From assembly GCA_015063305.1 (NCBI GenBank), contig SVUJ01000002.1:67388-131387 (forward strand): a DNA stretch of 64,000 bases. The letters are read 5' to 3'. Below the pieces are notes generated by a model. The model saw only the letters and a program-made list of their open reading frames with translations, had not been told where the DNA came from and made no database searches. The DNA is from Oscillospiraceae bacterium. GTDB taxonomy: Bacteria; Bacillota; Clostridia; Oscillospirales; CAG-272. The position numbers and the translations under genes were made by a program. Each line of letters begins with the position of its first letter. Position 1 is the first letter of the stretch. Below, in pieces: positions 20,911-28,169 of this stretch.

Positions 20911-21795
20911 ATGTTTGGATATGTGAAAACCTATACGCCCGAGCTGAAGGTGGCTGATCACGAATATTACCGCGCCGCTTATTGCGGACTTTGCCGCTCT
21001 ATGGGAAAGTGTACGGGTCAGTGCTCAAGATTTACCCTGAGCTATGATTTTACCTTTTTAGCCCTCATAAGACTTGCTCTTGCGGGTGAGCAGGTGAGCT
21101 TTGACAAAAAGAGATGTATCGCACACCCACTTCGTAAGAGAAGAATGATGAAGCAAAATCCTCAGCTTGAATATTGCGCGTATGCCGCGGCACTGCTTAG
21201 CTATCATAAGCTCTGTGACGATATCGACGACGAGCGCGGGGTGAAAAAATTTACCGCTTTGCTTGCGCGTCCGTTTGTTTCTCCTATGCGCCGAAAAGCT
21301 ATCAAAAAGGGCGGACTTGGTGCGCTTGACAGCTTGATATCCGAAAAGCTTAAAGAGCTATCATCGTTTGAGGCTTCGGGGGAGGCGAGTGTTGACACTC
21401 CTGCCGATATCTTTGGTGAGATATTGGCGGCAATAGCCGAGCACGGATTTGAAGCGGATCGCGCAAAGATAGCTAAGAATATCGGTTATCATCTGGGGCG
21501 TTGGGTCTACATAACCGACGCGCTTGACGACCTCGCGGAGGATATTCTCAAGAGAAGATATAATCCGTTCGCGCTTATGTATGGCAGAGATATAGACGAG
21601 CGGGAGAGGGGACTTATCGCAGACGCTCTTAAAAACGAGCTTTGCGACACCGAGAAGGCCTTTGATCTTATCGAATTTGGCGAGAATAAGAGCCTTGAAA
21701 ATATAATATCAAACGTGTTTTATCTTGGAATGCCGCGCACAGTTGAATCGGTGTTGGCGAAGGATAAATGCGAGAAGAATAAAAAAGAAGCATAA
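20911..21795 (+). CDS. Conserved hypothetical protein (DUF5685-like as recalled), N-terminal 4-Cys motif
   Basis: MFGYVKTYTPELKV..YYRAAYCGLCRSMGKCTGQCSRF. I recall this N-terminus from the clostridial DUF5685 family, but could not verify it. Confidence 0.6.
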   Translation: MFGYVKTYTPELKVADHEYYRAAYCGLCRSMGKCTGQCSRFTLSYDFTFLALIRLALAGEQVSFDKKRCIAHPLRKRRMMKQNPQLEYCAYAAALLSYHKLCDDIDDERGVKKFTALLARPFVSPMRRKAIKKGGLGALDSLISEKLKELSSFEASGEASVDTPADIFGEILAAIAEHGFEADRAKIAKNIGYHLGRWVYITDALDDLAEDILKRRYNPFALMYGRDIDERERGLIADALKNELCDTEKAFDLIEFGENKSLENIISNVFYLGMPRTVESVLAKDKCEKNKKEA

Positions 21796-21824
21796 TTGCC
21801 GCAGAAAGGACAATTTGAACAGAT

Positions 21825-22451
21825 ATGAACGATCCTTATAAGGTGCTTGGCGTATCATCAAACGCCTCGGACGAAGAGATAAAAAAAGCGTACAGAGAGC
21901 TGGCGCGTAAATATCATCCCGATAAGTATAGGGATAGCGATCTTGCCGACCTTGCGAGTGAGAAGATGAAGGAGATAAACGCGGCATACGAGGAGATACA
22001 GAAGATGCGCGCGGCGGGCTCGTCCTATCAAAGAGGCGGGGCTTACGGCGCGGGCGGATACGCGAGAAACGAATCCTCAACGGGCAATCCCAAATATTCG
22101 CAGATAAGAAGAATGATAAACAGCGGACATCTTGACGAGGCGGACAGGATACTCACAGAGGTAGACCCGCAGGACAGAGATGCAGAATGGAATTTCCTCA
22201 AGGGTTACGTTATGCTCAGACGCGGACATTACGTTGACGCGCAGAGATTTTTCGATATAGCTTGTTCTATGGATCCCTACAATCAGGAATATTACGCGGC
22301 TCAGCAGGAGCTTCAGAGAAGAGCCAACGGATACGGCAGAGGTTACAACACCACAACGGGCGGTTGCTCAGGCTGTGATATATGCTCCGGACTTCTTTGC
22401 GCCGACTGTTGCTGCGAATGCTGCGGCGGAGATCTTATATCCTGCTGCTGA
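21825..22451 (+). CDS. J-domain protein with Gly-rich linker, TPR-like segment and C-terminal cysteine string
   Basis: Canonical J domain (DPYKVLGV...[13 protein letters not shown]). The last 28 residues contain 11 Cys ([28 protein letters not shown]). Confidence 0.88.
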   Translation: MNDPYKVLGVSSNASDEEIKKAYRELARKYHPDKYRDSDLADLASEKMKEINAAYEEIQKMRAAGSSYQRGGAYGAGGYARNESSTGNPKYSQIRRMINSGHLDEADRILTEVDPQDRDAEWNFLKGYVMLRRGHYVDAQRFFDIACSMDPYNQEYYAAQQELQRRANGYGRGYNTTTGGCSGCDICSGLLCADCCCECCGGDLISCC

Positions 22452-22466
22452 TAGCGAGGGAAGATT

Positions 22467-23000
22467 ATGAATCTGAATGAAAGAAGCGAAAGGACAAAAA
22501 AGCTTGCGATATGCGCTATGCTCAGCGCGCTCGGAGTAGTGGTGCTTTACCTTGGCTCACTTGTTGAGGTCTTGGATATCTCAATGGCGGTCATAGCATC
22601 TCTGTTCGTTATATTCGCCGTGATAGAATACGGCGGGGCAGCGCCTTGGGCGATATTCTTCGTAACGGGAATACTATCGACCGTGCTTTTGCCAAACAAG
22701 TTCCCTGCGGTGATGTACCTGCTGTTTTTGGGATTTTATCCTATTATAAAGGAAAAAATAGAGCATCTCAGAAGCAGAGCGTGGCAATGGGTGATAAAGG
22801 AAGCGGTCTTCAACGTATGCCTTGTATTGCTTATGATGATGTCAAAATATTTCCTCTATTACGGAGTGGAGGGGCTTGAGATATTTGAGGCGGTATTCTT
22901 CCTTCTTGCGAACGGAACATTTGTCATATACGACATCGCGCTCACAAGACTCATTTCGCTCTATGTTTTTAGATTAAGAAAAAAGTTCAGAATAAAATAA
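22467..23000 (+). CDS. Hypothetical integral membrane protein (about 5 TM)
   Basis: 177 aa and hydrophobic. RBS gaggga. Sits 16 nt after the J-protein stop. No family recognised. Confidence 0.6.
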   Translation: MNLNERSERTKKLAICAMLSALGVVVLYLGSLVEVLDISMAVIASLFVIFAVIEYGGAAPWAIFFVTGILSTVLLPNKFPAVMYLLFLGFYPIIKEKIEHLRSRAWQWVIKEAVFNVCLVLLMMMSKYFLYYGVEGLEIFEAVFFLLANGTFVIYDIALTRLISLYVFRLRKKFRIK

Positions 23001-23050
23001 AACAAATGGTACTTGATGTTGCTTTCTTTTCATAAGGATGTTTACAGATT

Positions 23051-23086
23051 TCGGCAGAGATATTGTTTTCTCTGCCGATTTGTGTT
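23051..23086 (+). terminator. Intrinsic terminator closing the DUF5685-like / J-protein / membrane cluster
   Basis: tcggcagaga / tctctgccga 10-bp perfect stem, 8-nt loop, then tttgtgtt. Confidence 0.7.
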
Positions 23087-23107
23087 ATAATGTATTTGGT
23101 GATGTGA

Positions 23108-23623
23108 ATGGATAAACAAAAGAAATTATCTCAAAGAAAATCGACACGATTAAAGAATTTTGATTACGGTACATCGGGTGCATATTTCATAACGATATGC
23201 ACGGAAAACAGACGAAGAATACTTTCTCGAATTGTAGGGGTCGACGTCCTCGGCGACCCGAATAACGTGGAATTACTGCCGTATGGAATTGTAGCGGATA
23301 GATACATAAATAAATTCAATGAATTTTACGGTAATATAACCATAGACCAATATGTTGTTATGCCAAATCATATTCATATTATGTTGCTTTTGCGTGACAA
23401 CGGGTCGCCGAGGACGTCGACCCCTACAAGACAGACTTCTGCGATATCGCATTTTGTATCTACATTCAAAAGATTCTGCAATAAAGAATATGGAGAAAAT
23501 ATTTGGCAACGGGGCTTTTATGATCACGTTATTCGAAATAAACAAGATTACGAAGAACATATAAAATACATTCACGAAAATCCCATTCGTTGGCACTACG
23601 ATGAATTGTATTCAGAAGGATAG
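23108..23623 (+). CDS. IS200/IS605-type Y1 HUH transposase, REP-associated tyrosine transposase (RAYT)-like
   Basis: 171 aa. GAYFITICT first strand, HUH motif MPNHIHIML, WQRGFYDHVIR, and catalytic-Tyr helix HIKYIHENPIRW. No IS ends or tnpB nearby. Confidence 0.85.
   Translation: MDKQKKLSQRKSTRLKNFDYGTSGAYFITICTENRRRILSRIVGVDVLGDPNNVELLPYGIVADRYINKFNEFYGNITIDQYVVMPNHIHIMLLLRDNGSPRTSTPTRQTSAISHFVSTFKRFCNKEYGENIWQRGFYDHVIRNKQDYEEHIKYIHENPIRWHYDELYSEG
23232..23260 (+). repeat. Arm 1 of a perfect 29-bp intragenic inverted repeat; GTAG-headed REP-like hairpin
   Basis: ttGTAGGGGTCGACGTCCTCGGCGACCCG is the exact reverse complement of 23401-23429. It self-folds as GGGTCG.CG/CG.CGACCC with a TCCT loop and encodes VGVDVLGDP. 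Confidence 0.9.
23401..23429 (-). repeat. Arm 2 of the intragenic inverted repeat (GTAG head on the minus strand)
   Basis: CGGGTCGCCGAGGACGTCGACCCCTACaa matches arm 1 at 29/29 as its reverse complement. Encodes GSPRTSTPT in the transposase frame. Confidence 0.9.
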
Positions 23624-23626
23624 AGG

Positions 23627-23642
23627 GTATGGGCTTCGCCCG
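23627..23642 (+). repeat. Degenerate REP-like hairpin immediately 3' of the transposase stop
   Basis: GTATGGGCTTCGCCCG is GTAT + GGGC/GCCC stem (TTC loop) + G. Same layout and orientation as arm 1. Confidence 0.4.
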
Positions 23643-23695
23643 ACGCATTTGTAATACAAAAGCGAAATTAGTGATAAATCGGAAAGGATCAAACA

Positions 23696-24367
23696 GTGAA
23701 AGTATCGTTGATTATTTCTAACAGTTTGTATAATTGTGAGGTCATAATTAAAGATCTATTTGGAAGTAAAAATTATACTGTCAATTTGCAAGACAAACAA
23801 TCTGATTTGCTTGAAATAGATATTGAAAGTAGTAGCTTTGAGTTGACTCTTGTTCCTAAAATGGTTGACTACCAATTCGCTTCCTCGAATATGGAAATTC
23901 AAAATTGGAAAGATAAGCTTGCACAAAAGGTTGGAAATGCGTTGTGTTCTATGCTTGATAAAATGCTTCTTCGTGTGGGATGTACATATATCATATCAGG
24001 AATAAAAGAAAATGATGTTATATACGTATCCGGTCAAGAAAATGTTTTTGGAACGTTTGATAAATTCGATTTGTTTGAGTTTATACCTATGGCATATATG
24101 TTTTTTGAAGTATCTTGCCGCGGTGTTCTTTTCGAATGTTCTAATGCGTTCGCGATAAATAGAAAAGAGGTTATTTCTTCTGCGAAGAAGCTTGTATGCT
24201 TAGACTTTGGATTACACTTGATTTTTACTTATCCCATTCAAGTGGGGCGAATCAAAAAGCTAACATCTCGTAGAAAAGTAAACAAAACACTTATAAAATT
24301 CACCAAATTGAATGAAAAAGAAAGGCAAAAAGTGCTTGACAAAAAAGAAAAATTTATGTCTCTATAA
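23696..24367 (+). CDS. Hypothetical protein, no recognisable domain; very low GC
   Basis: 223-aa ORF with a GTG start preceded by aaagga. Lys-rich C-terminus. Hand count of 23701-23760 gives 15/60 G+C, against 33/60 at 24541-24600. Confidence 0.55.
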   Translation: MKVSLIISNSLYNCEVIIKDLFGSKNYTVNLQDKQSDLLEIDIESSSFELTLVPKMVDYQFASSNMEIQNWKDKLAQKVGNALCSMLDKMLLRVGCTYIISGIKENDVIYVSGQENVFGTFDKFDLFEFIPMAYMFFEVSCRGVLFECSNAFAINRKEVISSAKKLVCLDFGLHLIFTYPIQVGRIKKLTSRRKVNKTLIKFTKLNEKERQKVLDKKEKFMSL

Positions 24368-24369
24368 AA

Positions 24370-24407
24370 ACACCCCGACAGACCTAAAACCTGTCGGGGT
24401 GTTTTTG
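24370..24407. terminator. Bidirectional intrinsic terminator between the hypothetical ORF and spoIIR
   Basis: acaccccgacag / ctgtcggggtgt 12-bp perfect stem, flanked by aaaa and ttttt. Confidence 0.8.
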
Positions 24408-24474
24408 CAAAGCAACTATTTGCAAGTGCCGTAATTTTGTAAACGTGCTATATTTTCATATCATCAATCTGAAC

Positions 24475-25083
24475 TTATTTCCCCAAAAGCCCTTCGATGG
24501 TTTCAAGCACCTTGAAGCGCACCTCGTAGGTGGGGGAGTCGGTTTCGGTTATCACCTTGTACTGTCCCTCGGTGAGCCCTACCGATATGAAGGCGTCCTC
24601 GGCAGCGCTCTTTTCTGTAGCGGCGGAAAGACAGAGCGGGGGGAAGAGAACACACCACCAATTCTGTCCCTCAGCCTCGCCTATAAGCACACGAAGAGAG
24701 GTATAGCTTCCTGACGGGAAACAGAAGGATTCGTAATTTCTTGTGGGGTATTCTTCCTCGCTAAGCTCTATTCTGACGGTGTAATCATATCCCGCCTCTG
24801 ATATGGTGTTTTTTGCGGTCTGTGTGAGCGCGGGGATAGCGGAATTTATCTTTTCTATGGCTTTCTCTTTTGTGCTACACCCTTCAAATATCTCGGCTGA
24901 GCTGGCAAGAATCGCGTCGCGTACCCTAAGCTTCAGTGCTTGGTCTTCCTCGCTGTCGGAATTTGCAAGAACGTGAAGTCGCAGGACGCTGTCGTATATC
25001 TCGTTCTCTCCGTGGACGGGCATAAGTCCGATAAAAATAAGGATAACTGCAAGACAAACAGTGATAGTGAGTAGATTTTTCAT
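24475..25083 (-). CDS. spoIIR: Stage II sporulation protein R
   Basis: Signal/TM N-terminus, then LRLHVLANSDSEEDQALKLRVRDAIL and NWWCVLFPPLCL, the hallmark SpoIIR motifs. Confidence 0.92.
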   Translation of the reverse strand: MKNLLTITVCLAVILIFIGLMPVHGENEIYDSVLRLHVLANSDSEEDQALKLRVRDAILASSAEIFEGCSTKEKAIEKINSAIPALTQTAKNTISEAGYDYTVRIELSEEEYPTRNYESFCFPSGSYTSLRVLIGEAEGQNWWCVLFPPLCLSAATEKSAAEDAFISVGLTEGQYKVITETDSPTYEVRFKVLETIEGLLGK

Positions 25084-25145
25084 AACGTCTCCTTTAAAAA
25101 TGTTGTATATTTGATGATTGAACGGTTTGCGCCATTTTATTCACG

Positions 25146-25514
25146 TTATGAAAAATATTTTAGAATTTCTCGGTAGCTCATTGAGGCATCAAGCTCAAGC
25201 TGACCCGAAAACGCCGATATATCCCCCTCTACCCCCTTTAGCTTTGCGTAGAGTGTAAAGGCGAGCGGATTTCCGATAATGCCCCTATCCGAGAGAAGTT
25301 CCGCAAGGCTATATGCGCTCTCTCCCTCGCTTAGTGTTATCGTAGCCGATTTTTGCGGTTTTACAAAGGCGTATATATCATTAGCCGCCGATATGATAAG
25401 CGCGGCAAGAAAGAGGGATAAAAACAACAGCGGAATTATCACCGAGCAGATGCGCCTGTATCTTTGCGCGTTTGTCAGTTGGATAGTTCCGCTGTTTGCG
25501 TTTTCACTTTGCAT
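25146..25514 (-). CDS. Small membrane-anchored protein resembling only the N-terminal (LysM-like) domain of MltG/YceG
   Basis: 122 aa. TM segment, then ITLSEGESAYSLAELLSDRGII..FTLYAKL...LELDASMSYREIL, similar to the MltG N-domain. No catalytic domain follows. Confidence 0.55.
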   Translation of the reverse strand: MQSENANSGTIQLTNAQRYRRICSVIIPLLFLSLFLAALIISAANDIYAFVKPQKSATITLSEGESAYSLAELLSDRGIIGNPLAFTLYAKLKGVEGDISAFSGQLELDASMSYREILKYFS

Positions 25515-25522
25515 AATTCACC

Positions 25523-26497
25523 TTAACTCCTTATCAAAACAACTATAACAGTTACTATGTAAAGAGCGTAGCAGGCGATAGCCGAGGGCTTTGTCAGCAC
25601 CTCAATATATGAATTTCTTATGTTTTCAAAGCCTTTTATCTCGGGGGTGCGGTAGCTTGATGGATACGACCTTGCAAGGTATATTCGGTAGAGCCTTGAT
25701 GCCTCTCCGCAGAAGAGGGCGGCAGAGCCGAGAAATACAAAGCCGAGAATGAACACGAAGAATTCTGTGCTTCCCGTGATATTGTAAAAGGTATTTATAT
25801 ACGGCTGACCGAACAGACCGAAAAGGTTGTAGAGGAAGTGCGCGATGACCGCTCCGAGAAGTGAGCGCGTGGCGTACATCGTGATGGCAAGTATCGCCCC
25901 CGCGAAGAGATATACGGGAAGATTCTTGACATCAAAGTGCAGGAGCGCGAAGAAGAGGGAGCTCAGCGCTATCGCGCGCATAACACCGCCCTTCTCATAT
26001 TCGTGACAGAGTATTCCTCTGTAAACGAATTCCTCACCGATGGCGGGGAGAACCGCGTAAGCAAGGATCAGATAAAGCTTTATGGGAGCTGTTCCGTCGT
26101 CCTTTGATACAAATGTGTTATAGAGCGAAAAATTTGCCGAAAGGCTTTCAAGTCCGCCAAACAAGAGGCTCAGCAGAATACCGCCCGACGTCATAAGGAG
26201 CGCCGCGGCTATGATGATAAGAACCGAATTTGCCTTTATGGGGCGTATTCTGAGTGAGCGAATATATCTCTCTCCGCTGAAGCGACACCATACCGCCGCG
26301 GGAATGAGAAATATCATCATCTGCAAAATGACCACGCTCATATATTCGTTATCTCTGTTTATGAGGGTAAGGTCTATTATTTTTGAGAGCAGGAGCAAAA
26401 TATAGGTGGCAAGTACAACGACTGTTGGCTGCAGCACTATTCTTTTTTCGTCCGAGGACGGCGCGGTCTTAGCGTTGTTTTTTTCCTTTACGCGCAT
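25523..26497 (-). CDS. CPBP-family intramembrane glutamic endopeptidase (CAAX protease/Abi)
   Basis: Polytopic, with motifs EEFVYRGIL and FFALLHF, and a later H in IAHFLYN. Confidence 0.85.
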   Translation of the reverse strand: MRVKEKNNAKTAPSSDEKRIVLQPTVVVLATYILLLLSKIIDLTLINRDNEYMSVVILQMMIFLIPAAVWCRFSGERYIRSLRIRPIKANSVLIIIAAALLMTSGGILLSLLFGGLESLSANFSLYNTFVSKDDGTAPIKLYLILAYAVLPAIGEEFVYRGILCHEYEKGGVMRAIALSSLFFALLHFDVKNLPVYLFAGAILAITMYATRSLLGAVIAHFLYNLFGLFGQPYINTFYNITGSTEFFVFILGFVFLGSAALFCGEASRLYRIYLARSYPSSYRTPEIKGFENIRNSYIEVLTKPSAIACYALYIVTVIVVLIRS

Positions 26498-27071
26498 CTG
26501 TTATTATGCTCCCCCTTTCAGTTACTATTATGTCCACGGCGCGGTCATAATATCCGCGCGGCAGAGCGTCCCTGAGAAAATCAGAGTAGACCGCTCCAAG
26601 AGAATTGCCCTTGAAGGTCTTTAAAAATCTGTCGTAATATCCCTTTCCGTATCCAAGCCTGAAGCCTTCCTTGTCAAAGGCGAGGGCAGGGACTATACAA
26701 AGCGAGCTTTCCTCTCCCTCAAATATAGGGGCGTCGGCGGTCGGCTCGGGTATAGAATAGCTTCCCACACAGAGCTCGTCAAGCGAGGTCACGTATCTGT
26801 AGGTCATAGTACAGCTCTCTGGCTCACACACGGGATAAGCCACACGTTTACCTCGCGTCAGCGCCTCAAGTGCTATCGGCGTTATATCTATCTCTCCCTT
26901 TACGGGATAATAGATAAGGACGGTGTCGGCAAAGCGAAATGACGCGAGGGATATTATCTGCTCACATACCGCCGCGTCAAGCTCTGCCTTTTTATCGGGC
27001 TCGATAGCGGCGCGCATAAGCTTGAATTCTGCCCTGAGGGCATTTTTTTGTTCCTTTGTGTTTGCTCGCAT
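26469..27071 (-). CDS. 5-formyltetrahydrofolate cyclo-ligase
   Basis: 200 aa. The N-terminal KNALRAEFK...R pattern and GYGKGYYDRFL motif are typical of MTHFS. Confidence 0.88.
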   Translation of the reverse strand: MRANTKEQKNALRAEFKLMRAAIEPDKKAELDAAVCEQIISLASFRFADTVLIYYPVKGEIDITPIALEALTRGKRVAYPVCEPESCTMTYRYVTSLDELCVGSYSIPEPTADAPIFEGEESSLCIVPALAFDKEGFRLGYGKGYYDRFLKTFKGNSLGAVYSDFLRDALPRGYYDRAVDIIVTERGSIITDARKGKKQR

Positions 27072-27072
27072 A

Positions 27073-27612
27073 TCAGTCGGCGATAACGGAATGGCGAAGC
27101 TCGTCAGCCTTTTGCTTGTTTATCAGCTTCTCAACTATGAGAAGACCGAAATCAAGAGCCGCGCCCATACCCTTTGCGGTGAGTATCCTTCCATCGGCTA
27201 CCACCTTTTCGGGAGATACCGAAGCGCCTATCAGCTTGTCCTCAAATCCGGGATAGCAGGTAGCGCGGCGACCCTTGAGAAGTCCCATCTGACCGAGTAT
27301 CATAGGAGCGGCGCAGATAGCCGCGATATAAGCGCCGTTGTTGTAGGCATCAAGCACAGCTTTCTTTACTGTGTCACTTGCGTTCAAGTTAAGTGTACCG
27401 GGCATTCCGCCGGGAAGAAAGACGAGCTCGGGAGAAGCGTCGGAAAACTCGGCATCGGTCATATCGGCGGTAACGGTAATGCCGTGAGCTCCCGTTATCT
27501 CCTTAGCGCCGATGCCAACCGTCACGGTGTCTATTCCCGCGCGTCTTAAAATATCGAGAGGGCAGAGCGCCTCTATCTCCTCAAATCCTGAGGCAAGAAA
27601 AAAGTATATCAT
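27073..27612 (-). CDS. DJ-1/PfpI (ThiJ) family protein
   Basis: MIYFFLASGFEEIE..., with the nucleophile-elbow AAICAAP. RBS agaggt before the 27612 ATG. The longer track start overlaps the GNAT stop. Confidence 0.88.
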   Translation of the reverse strand: MIYFFLASGFEEIEALCPLDILRRAGIDTVTVGIGAKEITGAHGITVTADMTDAEFSDASPELVFLPGGMPGTLNLNASDTVKKAVLDAYNNGAYIAAICAAPMILGQMGLLKGRRATCYPGFEDKLIGASVSPEKVVADGRILTAKGMGAALDFGLLIVEKLINKQKADELRHSVIAD

Positions 27613-27629
27613 GGTTTTACCTCTTTTTA

Positions 27630-28169
27630 TCATATTTCGCCCATGCGCTCCGAAAAGGAAAAGCTCATATCCTCGGTGACCTTGTTGCCAAGCGGCTTCA
27701 TAAGTCCAAAGCTCACCGCGGGCGAGGTGTCTTCATCGGTGGCTACAAAGCGTCGGAAGCCCTCACAGCTCACGCTCAACTTTTCGGTGCTGACAGATGC
27801 GCTGTCGCACAGAGCAACGGATATAGAATACCCCATTTTTGAATAGCTCTCCACAAGAGCCTCGGTCGCGGGGATGAGACAAATAAAGTCATCACCGTTA
27901 TTCAGCGCAATTTGCTCACAGCGCTCCATAAGCTTTCTGAATACGCCCTGACCCCTGTGGTCGGGGTGAACGCATACGCCGTATACGTAATCACCGCGCA
28001 GAGCGCTGTCCGAAGCTGTGGGTATCATACTTGCCATACCGATAAGGGTATTGTCCGAATATTCGCATACGGTCGTGATGCCGTCTATAGCGAAAAAATC
28101 TCTTGCGAACTCGGCGCTGTCACCGAAGCAGAGGACCCAAAGCTCCTCTTTTTGAATATCCGAGGTCAT
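27630..28169 (-). CDS. GNAT-family N-acetyltransferase
   Basis: GVCVHPDHRGQGVFRKLM acetyl-CoA-binding motif. ATGA overlap with the hisS stop. Confidence 0.8.
   Translation of the reverse strand: MTSDIQKEELWVLCFGDSAEFARDFFAIDGITTVCEYSDNTLIGMASMIPTASDSALRGDYVYGVCVHPDHRGQGVFRKLMERCEQIALNNGDDFICLIPATEALVESYSKMGYSISVALCDSASVSTEKLSVSCEGFRRFVATDEDTSPAVSFGLMKPLGNKVTEDMSFSFSERMGEI

Noticed and set aside
23273-23596. 107-aa minus-strand ORF and 70-aa alternate-frame ORF inside the transposase gene, considered as possible alternative products linked to the inverted repeat.
   Set aside because: No RBS or start context is present. The flipped-spacer reading frame I translated hits TGA after 8 codons and is a different frame from this ORF. 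The plus-strand ORF has the full HUH and Tyr motifs.
26469-26497. 29-nt overlap between the MTHFS 3' end and the CPBP protease start, considered as a possible frameshift or fusion.
   Set aside because: Both ORFs are full-length relative to their families. Short overlaps of co-oriented genes are common, so there is no evidence of disruption.
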